Of a stretch of DNA of 64,000 nucleotides, positions 22,654-37,600 are shown in pieces. How positions within the stretch are numbered: position 1 is the first letter of the stretch; every line of letters starts with the position of its first letter. Source of the DNA: Eledone cirrhosa. Its lineage: Eukaryota. Made by a program: the position numbers and the translations under genes. The notes under the pieces are model-generated. The model ran no database searches, was not told the DNA's origin, and was given only the letters and a program-made list of their open reading frames with translations. The DNA is taken from the NCBI GenBank assembly GCA_964016885.1, contig OZ024741.1, forward strand, positions 414,532,001 through 414,596,000. Direction: 5' to 3'.

Positions 22654-25600
22654 CGGAGACATACATCACACATACATTGGTCTGACACTCTACCGAGTAT
22701 AAGACACCAGGAGACCTACATCACACATACATTGGTCTGACACTCTACCGAGTATAAGACACCAGGAGACCTACATCACATACATTGGTCTGACACTCTA
22801 CCGAGTATAAGACACCAGGAGACCTACATCACACATACATTGGTCTGACACTCTACCGAGTATAAGACACCTGGAGTCCTACATCACACATATACTTGGT
22901 AGAGTGTCAGACCAAAGTAAGACACCAGGAGACCTACATCACACATACATTGGTCTGATACTCTACCGAGTATAAAACACCAGCAGACCTACAACACACA
23001 TACATTGGTCTGACACTCTACAGAGTATAAGACACCAGGTGACCTACATCACACATACTTTGGTCTTACACTCTACCGAGTATAAGACACCAGGAGACCT
23101 ACATCACACATACTTTGGTCTTACACTCTACCGAGTATAAGACACCAGGAGACCTACATCACACATACTTTGATCTGACACTCTACCAAGTATAAGACAC
23201 CAGGAGACCTACATCACACATACATTGGTCTGATACTCTACCGAGTATAAAACACCAGCAGACCTACAACACACATACATTGGTCTGACACTCTACCGAG
23301 TATAAGACACCAGGAGACCTACATCACACATACTTTCATCTGACACTCTACAGAGTATAAGACACCAGGAGAGCTACATCACACGTACTTTGGTCTGACA
23401 CTCTACCGAGTATAAGACACCAAGAGACCTACATCACACGTACTTTGGTCTGACACTCTACCGAGTATAAGACACCGGGAGACGTACATCACACGTATTT
23501 TGCTCTGACACTCTACCGAGTATAAGACACCAGGTGACGTACATCACACGTACTTTGGTCTGACACTCTACCGAGTATAAGACACCAGGAGACCTACATC
23601 ACACATACTTTGATCTGACACTCTACCGAGTATAAGACACCATGAGACCTACATCACACGTACTTTGGTCTGACACTCTACCGAGTATAAGACACCAAGA
23701 GACCTACATCAAACGTACTTTGGTCTGACACTCTACCGAATATAAGACACCAGGAGACCTACATCACACATACTTTGGTCTTACACTCTACCGAGTATAA
23801 GACACCAGGAGACCTACATCACACGTACTTTGGTCTGACACTCTACCGAGTATAAGACACCAGGAGACCTACATCGCACATACATAGGTCTGACACTCTA
23901 CCGAGTATAAGACACCAGAAGACCTACATCACACATACATAGGTCTGACACTCTACCGAGTATAAGACACCAGGAGACCTACATCACACGTACTGTGGTC
24001 TCACACTCTACTAGTATAAGACACCAGGAGACCTACATCACACGTACTTTGGTCTGACACTCTACCGAGTATAAGACACCAGGAGACCTACATCACGCGT
24101 ACTTTGGTCTGACACTCTACCGAGTATAAGAATACCAGGAGACCTACATCACACGTACTTTGGTCTGACACTCTACCCAGTATAAGACACCAGGAGACCT
24201 ACATCACACATACTTTGGTCTGACACTCTACCGAGTATAAGACACCAGGAGACCTACATCACGCATACTTTGGTCTGACACTCTACCGCGTATAAGACAC
24301 CAGGAGACCTACATCACACGTACTTTGGTCTGACACTCTACCAAGTATAAGACACCAGGAGACCTACATCACACATACTTTGGTCTGACACTCTACCGAG
24401 TATAACACAGCAGGAGACCTACATCACACATACTTTGGTCTCACACTCTACCGAGTATAACACACGAGGAGACCTACATCGCACATACTTTGGTCTGACA
24501 CTCTACCAAGTATAACACACCAGGAGACCTACATCACACATACTTTGGTCTGACACTCTACCGAGTATAACACACCAGGAGCCCTACAGCACACATACTT
24601 TGGTCTCACACTCTACCGAGTATAACACACCAGGAGACCTACATCGCACATACTTTGGTCTGACACTCTACCGATTATAAGACACCAGGAGACCTACATA
24701 AACACATACATAGGTTTAACACACTACTGAGTATAAGACACCAGGAGACCTACATCACACATACATAGGTCTGACACTCTACCGAGTATAAGACACCAGG
24801 AGACCTACATCACACATACATAGGTCAGACACTCTACCGAGTATAAGACACCAGGAGACCTACATCACACGTACTTTGGTCTCACACTCTACCGAGTATA
24901 AGACACCAGGAGACCTACATCACACATACTTTGGTCTGACACTCTACCGACTATAAGACACTAGGAGACCTATATCACACGTACTTTGGTCTGACACTCT
25001 ACCGAGTATAAGACACCAGGAGACCTACAGCACACATACTTTGATCTGACACTCTACCGAGTATAAGACACCAGGAGACCTACATCACACGTACTTTGGT
25101 CTGACACTCTACCGAGTATAACACACCAGGAGACCTACATCACACATACATAGATCTGACACTCTACCGCGTATAAGACACCAGGAGACCTACATCACAC
25201 GTACTTTGGTCTGACACTCTACCGAGTATAACACACCAGGAGACCTACATCACACATACATAGATCTGACACTCTACCGCGTATAAGACACCAGGAGACC
25301 TACATCACACGTAATTTGGTCCGACACTCTACCCAGTATAAGACACCGGGAGACCTACATCACACGTACTTTGGTCTGACACTCTACCCAGTATAAGACA
25401 CCGGGAGACCTACATCACACGTACTTTGGTCTGACACTCTACCGAGTATAAGACACCAGTAGTCCTACATCACACGTACTTTGGTCTGACACTCTACCGA
25501 GTATAAGACGCCAGGAGACCTACATCACACATACATAGGTTTAACACTCTACCGAGTATAAGACACCAGGAGACCTACATCACACATACGTAGGTTTAAC

Positions 25601-28600
25601 ACTCTACTGAGTATAAGACACCAGGAGACCTACATCACACATACTTTGGTCTGACATTCTACCGAGTATAAGACACCAGGAGACCTACATAACACATACT
25701 TTGGTCTGACACTCTACCGAGTATAAGACACCAGGAGACCTACATCACACGTACTTTGGTCTTACACTCTACCGAGTATAAGACACCAGGAGGCCTACAT
25801 CACACGTACTTTGGTCTGACACTCTACCGAATATAAGACACCAGGAGACCTACATCACACGTACTTTGGTCTGACACTCTACCGAGTATAAGACACCAGG
25901 AGACCTACATCACACATACTTTGGTCTTATACTCTACCAAGTATAAGACACCAGGAGACCTACATCACACATACATAGGTCTGACACTCTACCGAGTATA
26001 AGACACCAGGAGACCTACATCACACGTACTTTGGTCTTACACTCTACCGAGTATAAGACAGCGGGAGGCCTACATCACACGTACTTTCGTCTGACACTCT
26101 ACCGAATATAAGACACCAGGAGACCTACATCACACGTACTTTGGTCTCACACTCTACCGAGTATAAGACACCAGGAGACCTACATCACACATACTTTGGT
26201 CTTACACTCTACTGAGTATAAGACACCGGGAGACCTACATCACACATACTTTGGTCTGACACTTTACCGAGTATAAGACACCAGGAGACCTACATCACAC
26301 GTACTTTGGTCTCACACTCTACCAAGTATAAGACACCAGGAGACCTACATCACACGTACTTTGGTCTGACACTCTACAGAGTATAAGACACCAGGAGACC
26401 TACATCACATGTACTTTGGTCTGACACTCTACCAAGTATAAGCCACCAGGAGACCTACATCACACATACTTTGGTCTGACACTCTACCGAGTATAACACA
26501 CCAGGAGACCTACAGCACACATACTTTGGTCTCACACTCTACTGAGTATAACACACGAGGAGACCTACATCGCACATATTTGGTATGACACTCTACCGAG
26601 TATAACACACCAGGAGACCTACATCACACATACTTTGGTCTGACACTCTACCGAGTATAACACACCAGGAGACCTACAGCACACATACTTTGGTCTCACA
26701 CTCTACTGAGTATAACACACGAGGAGACCTACATCGCACATACTTTGGTATGACACTCTACCGAGTATAACACACCAGGAGAACTACATCACACATACTT
26801 TGGTCTGACACTCTACCGAGTATAACACACCAGGAGACCTACAGCACACACACTTTGGTCTCACACTCTACTGAGTATAACACACGAGGAGACCTACATC
26901 GCACATACTTTGGTATGACACTCTACCGAGTATAACACACCAGGAGAACTACATCACACATACTTTGGTCGGACACTCTACCGAGTATAACACACCAGGA
27001 GACCTACAGCACACACACTTTGGTCTCACACTCTACCGAGTATAACACACCAGGAGACCTACATCGCACATACTTTGGTCTGACACTCTACCGACTATAA
27101 GACACTAGGAGACCTACATCACACGTACTTTGGTCTGACACTCTACCGAGTATAAGACACCAGGAGACCTACAGCACACATACTTTGATCTGACACTCTA
27201 CCGAGTATAAGACACCAGGAGACCTACATCACACGTACTTTGGTCTGACACTCTACCGAGTATAACACACCAGGAGACCTACATCACACATACATAGATC
27301 TGACACTCTACCGCGTATAAGACACCAGGAGACCTACATCACACGTACTTTGGTCTGACACTCTACAGAGTATAAGACACCAGGAGACCTACATCACACG
27401 TACTTTGGTCTGACACTCTACAGAGTATAAGACACCAGGAGACCTACATCACACATACATTGGTCTTACACTCTACCGAGTATAAGACACCAGGAGACCT
27501 ACATCACACATACTTTGGTCTTACACTCTACCAAGTATAAGACACCAGGAGACCTACATCACACATACTTTGGTCTGACACTCTACCGAGTATAAGACAC
27601 CAGGAGACCTACATCACACATACATAGATCTGACACTCTACCGCGTATAAGACACCAGGAGACCTACATCACACGTACTTTGGTCTGACACTCTACCGAG
27701 TATAAGACACCAGGAGACCTACATCACACGTACTTTGGTCTGACACTCTACCGAGTATAAGACACCAGGAGACCTACATCACACGTACTTTGGTCTTACA
27801 CTCTACCGAGTATAAGACACCAGGAGGCCTACATCACACGTACTTTGGTCTTACACTCTACCGAGTATAAGACACCAGGAGACCTACATCACACATACAT
27901 AGGTTTAACACTCTACCGAGTATAAGACATCAGGAGACCTACATCACACATACATAGGTTTAACACTCTACTGAGTATAAGACACCAGGAGACCTACATC
28001 ACACATACTTTGGTCTGACACTCTACCGAGTATAAGACACCAGGAGACCTACATCACACATACTTTGGTCTGACACTCTACCGAGTATAAGACACCAGGA
28101 GACCTACATCACACGTACTTTGGTCTTACACTCTACCGAGTATAAGACACCAGGAGGCCTACATCACACGTACTTTGGTCTGACACTCTACCGAATATAA
28201 GACACCCGGAGACCTACATCACACGTACTTTGGTCTGACACTCTACCGAGTATAAGACACCAGGAGACCTACATCACACGTACTTTGGTCTGACACTCTA
28301 CCGAGTATAAGACACCAGGAGACCTACATCACATGTACTTTGGTCTGACACTCTACCAAGTATAAGCCACCAGGAGACCTACATCACACATACTTTGGTC
28401 TGACACTTTACCGAGTATAAGACACCAGGAGACCTACATCACACATACTTTGGTCTGAGACTCTACCGACTATAAGACACTAGGAGACCTACATCACACG
28501 TACTTTGGTCTGACACTCTACCGAGTATAAGACACCAGGAGACCTACATCACACGTACTTTGGTCTGACACTCTACCAAGTATAGCACACCAGGAGACCT

Positions 28601-31600
28601 ACAGCACACATACTTTGGTCTGACACTCTACCAAGTATAAGACACCAGGAGACCTACATCACACATACTTTGGTCTGACACTCTACCGAGTATAACACAC
28701 CTGGAGACCTACATCACACATACTTTGGTCTGACACTCTACCGAGTATAACACACCAGGAGACCTACAGCACACATACTTTGGTCTCACACTCTACTGAG
28801 TATAACACACGAGGAGACCTACATCGCACATACTTTGGTCTGACACTCTACCAAGTATAAGACACCAGGAGACCTACATCAGACGTACTTTGGTCTGACA
28901 CTCTACCGAGTATAACACACCAGGAGACCTACATCACACATACTTTGGTCTGACACTCTACCGAGTATAACACACCAGGAGACCTACATCACACATACTT
29001 TGGTCTGACACTCTACCAAGTATAACACACCAGGAGACCTACAGCACACATACTTTGGTCTGACACTCTACCAAGTATAAGACACCAGGAGACCTACATC
29101 ACACATACTTTGGTCTGACACTCTACCGAGTATAACACACCAGGAGACCTACATCACACATACTTTGGTCTGACACTCTACCGAGTATAACACACCAGGA
29201 GACCTACAGCACACATACTTTGGTCTCACACTCTACTGAGTATAACACACGAGGAGACCTACATCGCACATACTTTGGTCTGACACTCTACCGAGTATAA
29301 CACACCAGGAGAACTACATCACACATACTTTGGTCTGACACTCTACCGAGTATAACACACCAGGAGACCTACAGCACACATACTTTGGTCTCACACTCTA
29401 CCGAGTATAACACACCAGGAGACCTACATCGCACATACTTTGGTCTGACACTCTACCTATTATAAGACACCAGGAGACCTACATAAACACATACATAGGT
29501 TTAACACACTACTGAGTATAAGACACCAGGAGACCTACATCACACATACATAGGTCTGACACTCTACGGAGTATAAGACACCAGGAGACCTACATCACAC
29601 ATACATAGGTCTGACACTCTACCGAGTATAAGACAACAGGAGACCTACATCACACGTACTTTGGTCTCACACTCTACCGAGTATAAGACACCAGCAGACC
29701 TACATCACACATACTTTGGTCTGACACTCTACCGACTATAAGACACTAGGAGACCTACATCACACGTACTTTGGTCTGACACTCTACCGAGTATAAGACA
29801 CCAGGAGACCTACAGCACACATACTTTGATGTGACACTCTACCGAGTATAAGACACCAGGAGACCTACATCACACGTACTTTGGTCTGACACTCTACCGA
29901 GTATAACACACCAGGAGACCTACATCACACATACATAGATCTGACACTCTACCGCGTATAAGACACCAGGAGACCTACATCACACGTACTTTGGTCTGAC
30001 ACTCTACCGAGTATAAGACACCAGGAGACCTACATCACACGTACTTTGGTCTGACACTCTACCCAGTATAAGACACCGGGAGACCTACATCACACGTACT
30101 TTGGTCTGACACTCTACCGAGTATAAGACACCAGGAGACCTACATCACACGTACTTTGGTCTGACACTCTACCGAATATAAGACACCAGGAGACCTACAT
30201 CACACATACTTTGGTCTTACACTCTACCGAGTATAAGACACCATGAGACCTACATCACACATACTTTGGTCTTACACTCTACCAAGTATAAGACACCAGG
30301 AGACCTACATCACACATACTTTGGTCTGACACTCTACCGAGTATAAGACACCAGGAGACCTACATCACACATACTTTGGTCTTACACTCTACCGAGTATA
30401 AGACACCATGAGACCTACATCACACATACTTTGGTCTGACACTCTACCGCGTATAAGACACCAGGAGACCTACATCACACGTACTTTGGTCTGACACTCT
30501 ACCGAGTATAAGACACCAGGAGACCTACATCACACGTACTTTGGTCTGACACTCTACCCAGTATAAGACACCGGGAGACCTACATCACATGTACTTTGGG
30601 CTGACACTCTACCGAGTATAAGACACCAGGAGACCTACATCACACGTACTTTGGTCTGACACTCTACCGAGTATAAGACACCAGGAGACCTACATCACAC
30701 ATACATAGGTTTAACACTCTACCGAGTATAAGACACCAGGAGACCTACATCACACATACATAGGTTTAACACTCTACTGAGTATAAGACACCAGGAGACC
30801 TACATCACACATACTTTGGTCTGACACTCTACCGAGTATAAGACACCAGGAGACCTACATCACACATACTTTGGTCTGACACTCTACCGAGTATAAGACA
30901 CCAGGAAACCTACATCACACGTACTTTGGTCTTACACTCTACCGAGTATAAGACACCAGGAGGCCTACATCACACGTACTTTGGTCTGACACTCTACCGA
31001 ATATAAGACACCAGGAGACCTACATCACACGTACTTTGGTCTGACACTCTACCGAGTATAAGACACCAGGAGACCTACATCACACGTACTTTGGTCTGAC
31101 ACTCTACCGAGTATAAGACACCAGGAGACCTACATCACATGTACTTTGGTCTGACACTCTACCAAGTATAAGCCACCAGGAGACCTACATCACACATACT
31201 TTGGTCTGACACTTTACCGAGTATAAGACACCAGGAGACCTACATCACACATACTTTGGTCTGACACTCTACCGACTATAAGACGCTAGGAGACCTACAT
31301 CACACGTACTTTGGTCTGACACTCTACCGAGTATAAGACACCAGGAGACCTACATCACACGTACTTTGGTCTGAAACTCTACCAAGTATAAGCCACCAGG
31401 AGACCTACATCACACATACTTTGGTCTGACACTTTACCGAGTATAAGACACCAGGAGACCTACATCACACGTACTTTGGTCTCACACTCTACCAAGTATA
31501 AGACACCAGGAGACCTACAGCACACATACTTTGGTCTCACACCCTACCGAAAATAAGACACCAGGAGACCTACATCACACATACTTTGGTCTTACACTCT

Positions 31601-34600
31601 ACCGAGTATAAGACACCAGGAGACCTACATCACACATACTTTGGTCTTACACTCTACCAAGTATAAGACACCAGGAGACCTACATCACACATACTTTGGT
31701 CTGACACTCTACCGAGTATAAGACACCATGAGGCCTACATCACACATACATAGATCTGACACTCTACCGCGTATAAGACACCAGGAGATCTACATCACAC
31801 GTACTTTGGTCTGACACTCTACCGAGTATAAGACACCAGGAGACCTACATCACACTTACTTTGGTCTGACACTCTACCCAGTATAAGACACCGGGAGACC
31901 TACATCACACGTACTTTGGTCTGACACTCTACCGAGTATAAGACACCAGGAGACCTACATCACACGTACTTTGGTCTGACACTCTACCGAGTATAAGACA
32001 CCAGGAGCCCTACATCACACATACATAGGTTTAACACTCTACCGAGTATAAGACATCAGGAGACCTACATCACACATACATAGGTTTAACACTCTACTGA
32101 GTATAAGACACCAGGAGACCTACATCACACATACTTTGGTCTGACACTCTACCGAGTATAAGACACCAGGAGAGCTACATCACACATACTTTGGTCTGAC
32201 ACTCTACCGAGTATAAGACACCAGGAGACCTACATCACACGTACTTTGGTCTGACACTCTACCGAGTATAAGACACCAGGAGGCCTACATCACACGTACT
32301 TTGGTCTGACACTCTACCGAATATAAGACACCAGGAGACCTACATCACACGTACTTTGGTCTGACACTCTACCGAGTATAAGACACCAGGAGACCTACAT
32401 CACACGTACTTTGGTCTGACACTCTACCGAGTCTAAGACACCAGGAGACCTACATCACACATACATAGGTTTAACACTCTACCGAGTATAAGACATCAGG
32501 AGACCTACATCACACATACATAGGTTTAACACTCTACTGAGTATAAGACACCAGGAGACCTACATCACACATACTTTGGTCTGACACTCTACCGAGTATA
32601 AGACACCAGGAGACCTACATCACACATACTTTGGTCTGACACTCTACCGAGTATAAGACACCAGGAGACCTACATCACACGTACTTTGGTCTTACACTCT
32701 ACCGAGTATAAGACACCAGGAGGCCTACATCACACGTACTTTGGTCTGACACTCTACCGAATATAAGACACCCGGAGACCTACATCACACGTACTTTGGT
32801 CTGACACTCTACCGAGTATAAGACACCAGGAGACCTACATCACACGTACTTTGGTCTGACACTCTACCGAGTATAAGACACCAGGAGACCTACATCACAT
32901 GTACTTTGGTCTGACACTCTACCAAGTATAAGCCACCAGGAGACCTACATCACACATACTTTGGTCTGACACTTTACCGAGTATAAGACACCAGGAGATC
33001 TACATCACACATACTTTGGTCTGACACTCTACCGACTATAAGACACTAGGAGACCTACATCACACGTACTTTGGTCTGACACTCTACCGAGTATAAGACA
33101 CCAGGAGACCTACATCACACGTACTTTGGTCTGACACTCTACCAAGTATAACACACCAGGAGACCTACAGCACACATACTTTGGTCTGACACTCTACCAA
33201 GTATAAGACACCAGTAGACCTACATCACACATACTTTGGTCTGACACTCTACCGAGTATAACACACCAGGAGACCTACATCACACATACTTTGGTCTGAC
33301 ACTCTACCGAGTATAACACACCAGGAGACCTACAGCACACATACTTTGGTCTCACACTCTACTGAGTATAACACACGAGGAGACCTACATCGCACATACT
33401 TTGGTCTGACACTCTACCAAGTATAAGACACCAGGAGACCTACATCAGACGTACTTTGGTCTGACACTCTACCGAGTATAAGACACCAGCAGACCTACAT
33501 CACACATACTTTGGTCTGACACTCTACCGAGTATAACACACCAGGAGACCTACATCACACATACTTTGGTCTGACACTCTACCAAGTATAACACACCAGG
33601 AGACCTACAGCACACATACTTTGGTCTGACACTCTACCAAGTATAAGACACCAGGAGACCTACATCACACATACTTTGGTCTGACACTCTACCGAGTATA
33701 ACACACCAGGAGACCTACATCACACATACTTTGGTCTGACACTCTACCGAGTATAACACACCAGGAGACCTACAGCACACATACTTTGGTCTCACACTCT
33801 ACTGAGTATAACACACGAGGAGACCTACATCGCACATACTTTGGTCTGACACTCTACCGAGTATAACACACCAGGAGAACTACATCACACATACTTTGGT
33901 CTGACACTCTACCGAGTATAACACACCAGGAGACCTACAGCACACATACTTTGGTCTCACACTCTACCGAGTATAACACACCAGGAGACCTACATCGCAC
34001 ATACTTTGGTCTGACACTCTACCTATTATAAGACACCAGGAGACCTACATAAACACATACATAGGTTTAACACACTACTGAGTATAAGTCACCAGGAGAC
34101 CTACATCACACATACATAGGTCTGACACTCTACGGAGTATAAGACACCAGGAGACCTACATCACACATACATAGGTCTGACACTCTACCGAGTATAAGAC
34201 ACCAGGAGACCTACATCACACCTACTTTGGTCTCACACTCTACCGAGTATAAGACACCAGCAGACCTACATCACACATACTTTGGTCTGACACTCTACCG
34301 ACTATAAGACACTAGGAGACCTACATCACACGTACTTTGGTCTGACACTCTACCGAGTATAAGACACCAGGAGACCTACAGCACACATACTTTGATGTGA
34401 CACTCTACCGAGTATAAGACACCAGGAGACCTACATCACACGTACTTTGGTCTGACACTCTACCGAGTATAACACACCAGGAGACCTACATCACACATAC
34501 ATAGATCTGACACTCTACCGCGTATAAGACACCAGGAGACCTACATCACACGTACTTTGGTCTGACACTCTACCGAGTATAAGACACCAGGAGACCTACA

Positions 34601-37600
34601 TCACACGTACTTTGGTCTGACACTCTACCCAGTATAAGACACCGGGAGACCTACATCACACGTACTTTGGTCTGACACTCTACCGAGTATAAGACACCAG
34701 GAGACCTACATCACACGTACTTTGGTCTGACACTCTACCGAATATAAGACACCAGGAGACCTACATCACACATACTTTGGTCTTACACTCTACCAAGTAT
34801 AAGACACCAGGAGACCTACATCACACATACTTTGGTCTGACACTCTACCGAGTATAAGACACCAGGAGACCTACATCACACATACATAGATCTGACACTC
34901 TACCGCGTATAAGACAACAGGAGACCTACATCACACGTACTTTGGTCTGACACTCTACCGAGTATAAGACACCAGGAGACCTACATCACACGTACTTTGG
35001 TCTGACACTCTACCCAGTATAAGACACCGGGAGACCTACATCACACGTACTTTGGGCTGACACTCTACCGAGTATAAGACACCAGGAGACCTACATCACA
35101 CGTACTTTGGTCTGACACTCTACCGAGTATAAGACACCAGGAGACCTACATCACACATACATAGGTTTAACACTCTACCGAGTATAAGACACCAGGAGAC
35201 CTACATCACACATACATAGGTTTAACACTCTACTGAGTATAAGACACCAGGAGACCTACATCACACATACTTTGGTCTGACACTCTACCGAGTATAAGAC
35301 ACCAGGAGACCTACATCACACATACTTTGGTCTGACACTCTACCGAGTATAAGACACCAGGAGACCTACATCACACATACTTTGGTCTGACACTCTACCG
35401 ACTATAAGACACTAGGAGACCTACATCACACGTACTTTGGTCTGACACTCTACCGAGTATAAGACACCAGGAGACCTACATCACACGTACTTTGGTCTGA
35501 CACTCTACCAAGTATAAGCCACCAGGAGACCTACATCACACATACTTTGGTCTGACACTTTACCGAGTATAAGACACCAGGAGACCTACATCACACGTAC
35601 TTTGGTCTCACACTCTACCAAGTATAAGACACCAGGAGACCTACAGCACACATACTTTGGTCTCACACCCTACCGAATATAAGACACCAGGAGACCTACA
35701 TCACACATACTTTGGTCTTACACTCTACCGAGTATAAGACACCAGGAGACCTACATCACACATACTTTGGTCTTACACTCTACCAAGTATAAGACACCAG
35801 GAGACCTACATCACACATACTTTGGTCTGACACTCTACCGAGTATAAGACACCAGGAGACCTACATCACACATACATAGATCTGACACTCTACCGCGTAT
35901 AAGACACCAGGAGACCTACATCACACGTACTTTGGTCTGACACTCTACCGAGTATAAGACACCAGGAGACCTACATCACACGTACTTTGGTCTGACACTC
36001 TACCCAGTATAAGACACCGGGAGACCTACATCACACGTACTTTGGTCTGACACTCTACCGAGTATAAGACACCAGGAGACCTACATCACACGTACTTTGG
36101 TCTGACACTCTACCGAGTATAAGACACCAGGAGCCCTACATCACACATACATAGGTTTAACACTCTACCGAGTATAAGACATCAGGAGACCTACATCACA
36201 CATACATAGGTTTAACACTCTACTGAGTATAAGACACCAGGAGACCTACATCACACATACTTTGGTCTGACACTCTACCGAGTATAAGACACCAGGAGAG
36301 CTACATTACACATACTTTGGTCTGACACTCTACCGAGTATAAGACACCAGGAGACCTACATCACACGTACTTTGGTCTTACACTCTACCGAGTATAAGAC
36401 ACCAGGAGGCCTACATCACACGTACTTTGGTCTGACACTCTACCGAATATAAGACACCAGGAGACCTACATCACACGTACTTTGGTCTGACACTCTACCG
36501 AGTATAAGACACCAGGAGACCTACATCACACGTACTTTGGTCTGACACTCTACCGAGTATAAGACACCAGGAGACCTACATCACATGTACTTTGGTCTGA
36601 CACTCTACCAAGTATAAGCCAGCAGGAGACCTACATCACACATACTTTGGTCTGACACTCTACCAAGTATAACACACCAGGAGACCTACAGCACACATAC
36701 TTTGGTCTGACACTCTACCAAGTATAAGACACCAGGAGACCTACATCACACATACTTTGGTCTGACACTCTACCGAGTATAACACACCAGGAGACCTACA
36801 TCACACATACTTTGGTCTGACACTCTACCAAGTATAAGACACCAGGAGACCTACATCACACATACTTTGGTCTGACACTCTACCGAGTATAACACACCAG
36901 GAGACCTACATCACACATACTTTGGTCTGACACTCTACCGAGTATAACACACCAGGAGACCTACAGCACACATACTTTGGTCTCACACTCTACCGAGTAT
37001 AACACACCAGGAGACCTACATCGCACATACTTTGGTCTGACACTCTACCTATTTATAAGACACCAGGAGACCTACATAAACACAAACATAAGTTTAACAC
37101 ACTACTGAGTATAAGACACCAGGAGACCTACATCACACATACATAGGTCTGGCACTCTACCGAGTATAAGACACCAGGAGACCTACATCACACATACATA
37201 GGTCTGACACTCTACCGAGTATAAGACACCAGGAGACCTACATCACACGTACTTTGGTCTCACACTCTACCGAGTATAAGACACCAGGAGACCTACATCA
37301 CACATACTTTGGTCTGACACTCTACCGACTATAAGACACTAGGAGACCTACATCACACGTACTTTGGTCTGACACTCTACCGAGTATAAGACACCAGGAG
37401 ACCTACAGCACACATACTTTGGTCTGACACTCTCCCGAGTATAAGACACCAGGAGACCTACATCACACGTACTTTGGTCTGACACTCTACCGAGTATAAC
37501 ACACCAGGAGACCTACATCACACATACATAGATCTGACACTCTACCGCGTATAAGACACCAGGAGACCTACATCACACGTACTTTGGTCTGACACTCTAC

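Noticed and set aside
22308-22740. Plus-strand His-rich 125-aa ORF and Ile-rich 74-aa ORF
   Set aside because: The His/Ile runs come from the (CAT)n microsatellite and the ends lie in repeats. The minus-strand exon explains the unique part better.
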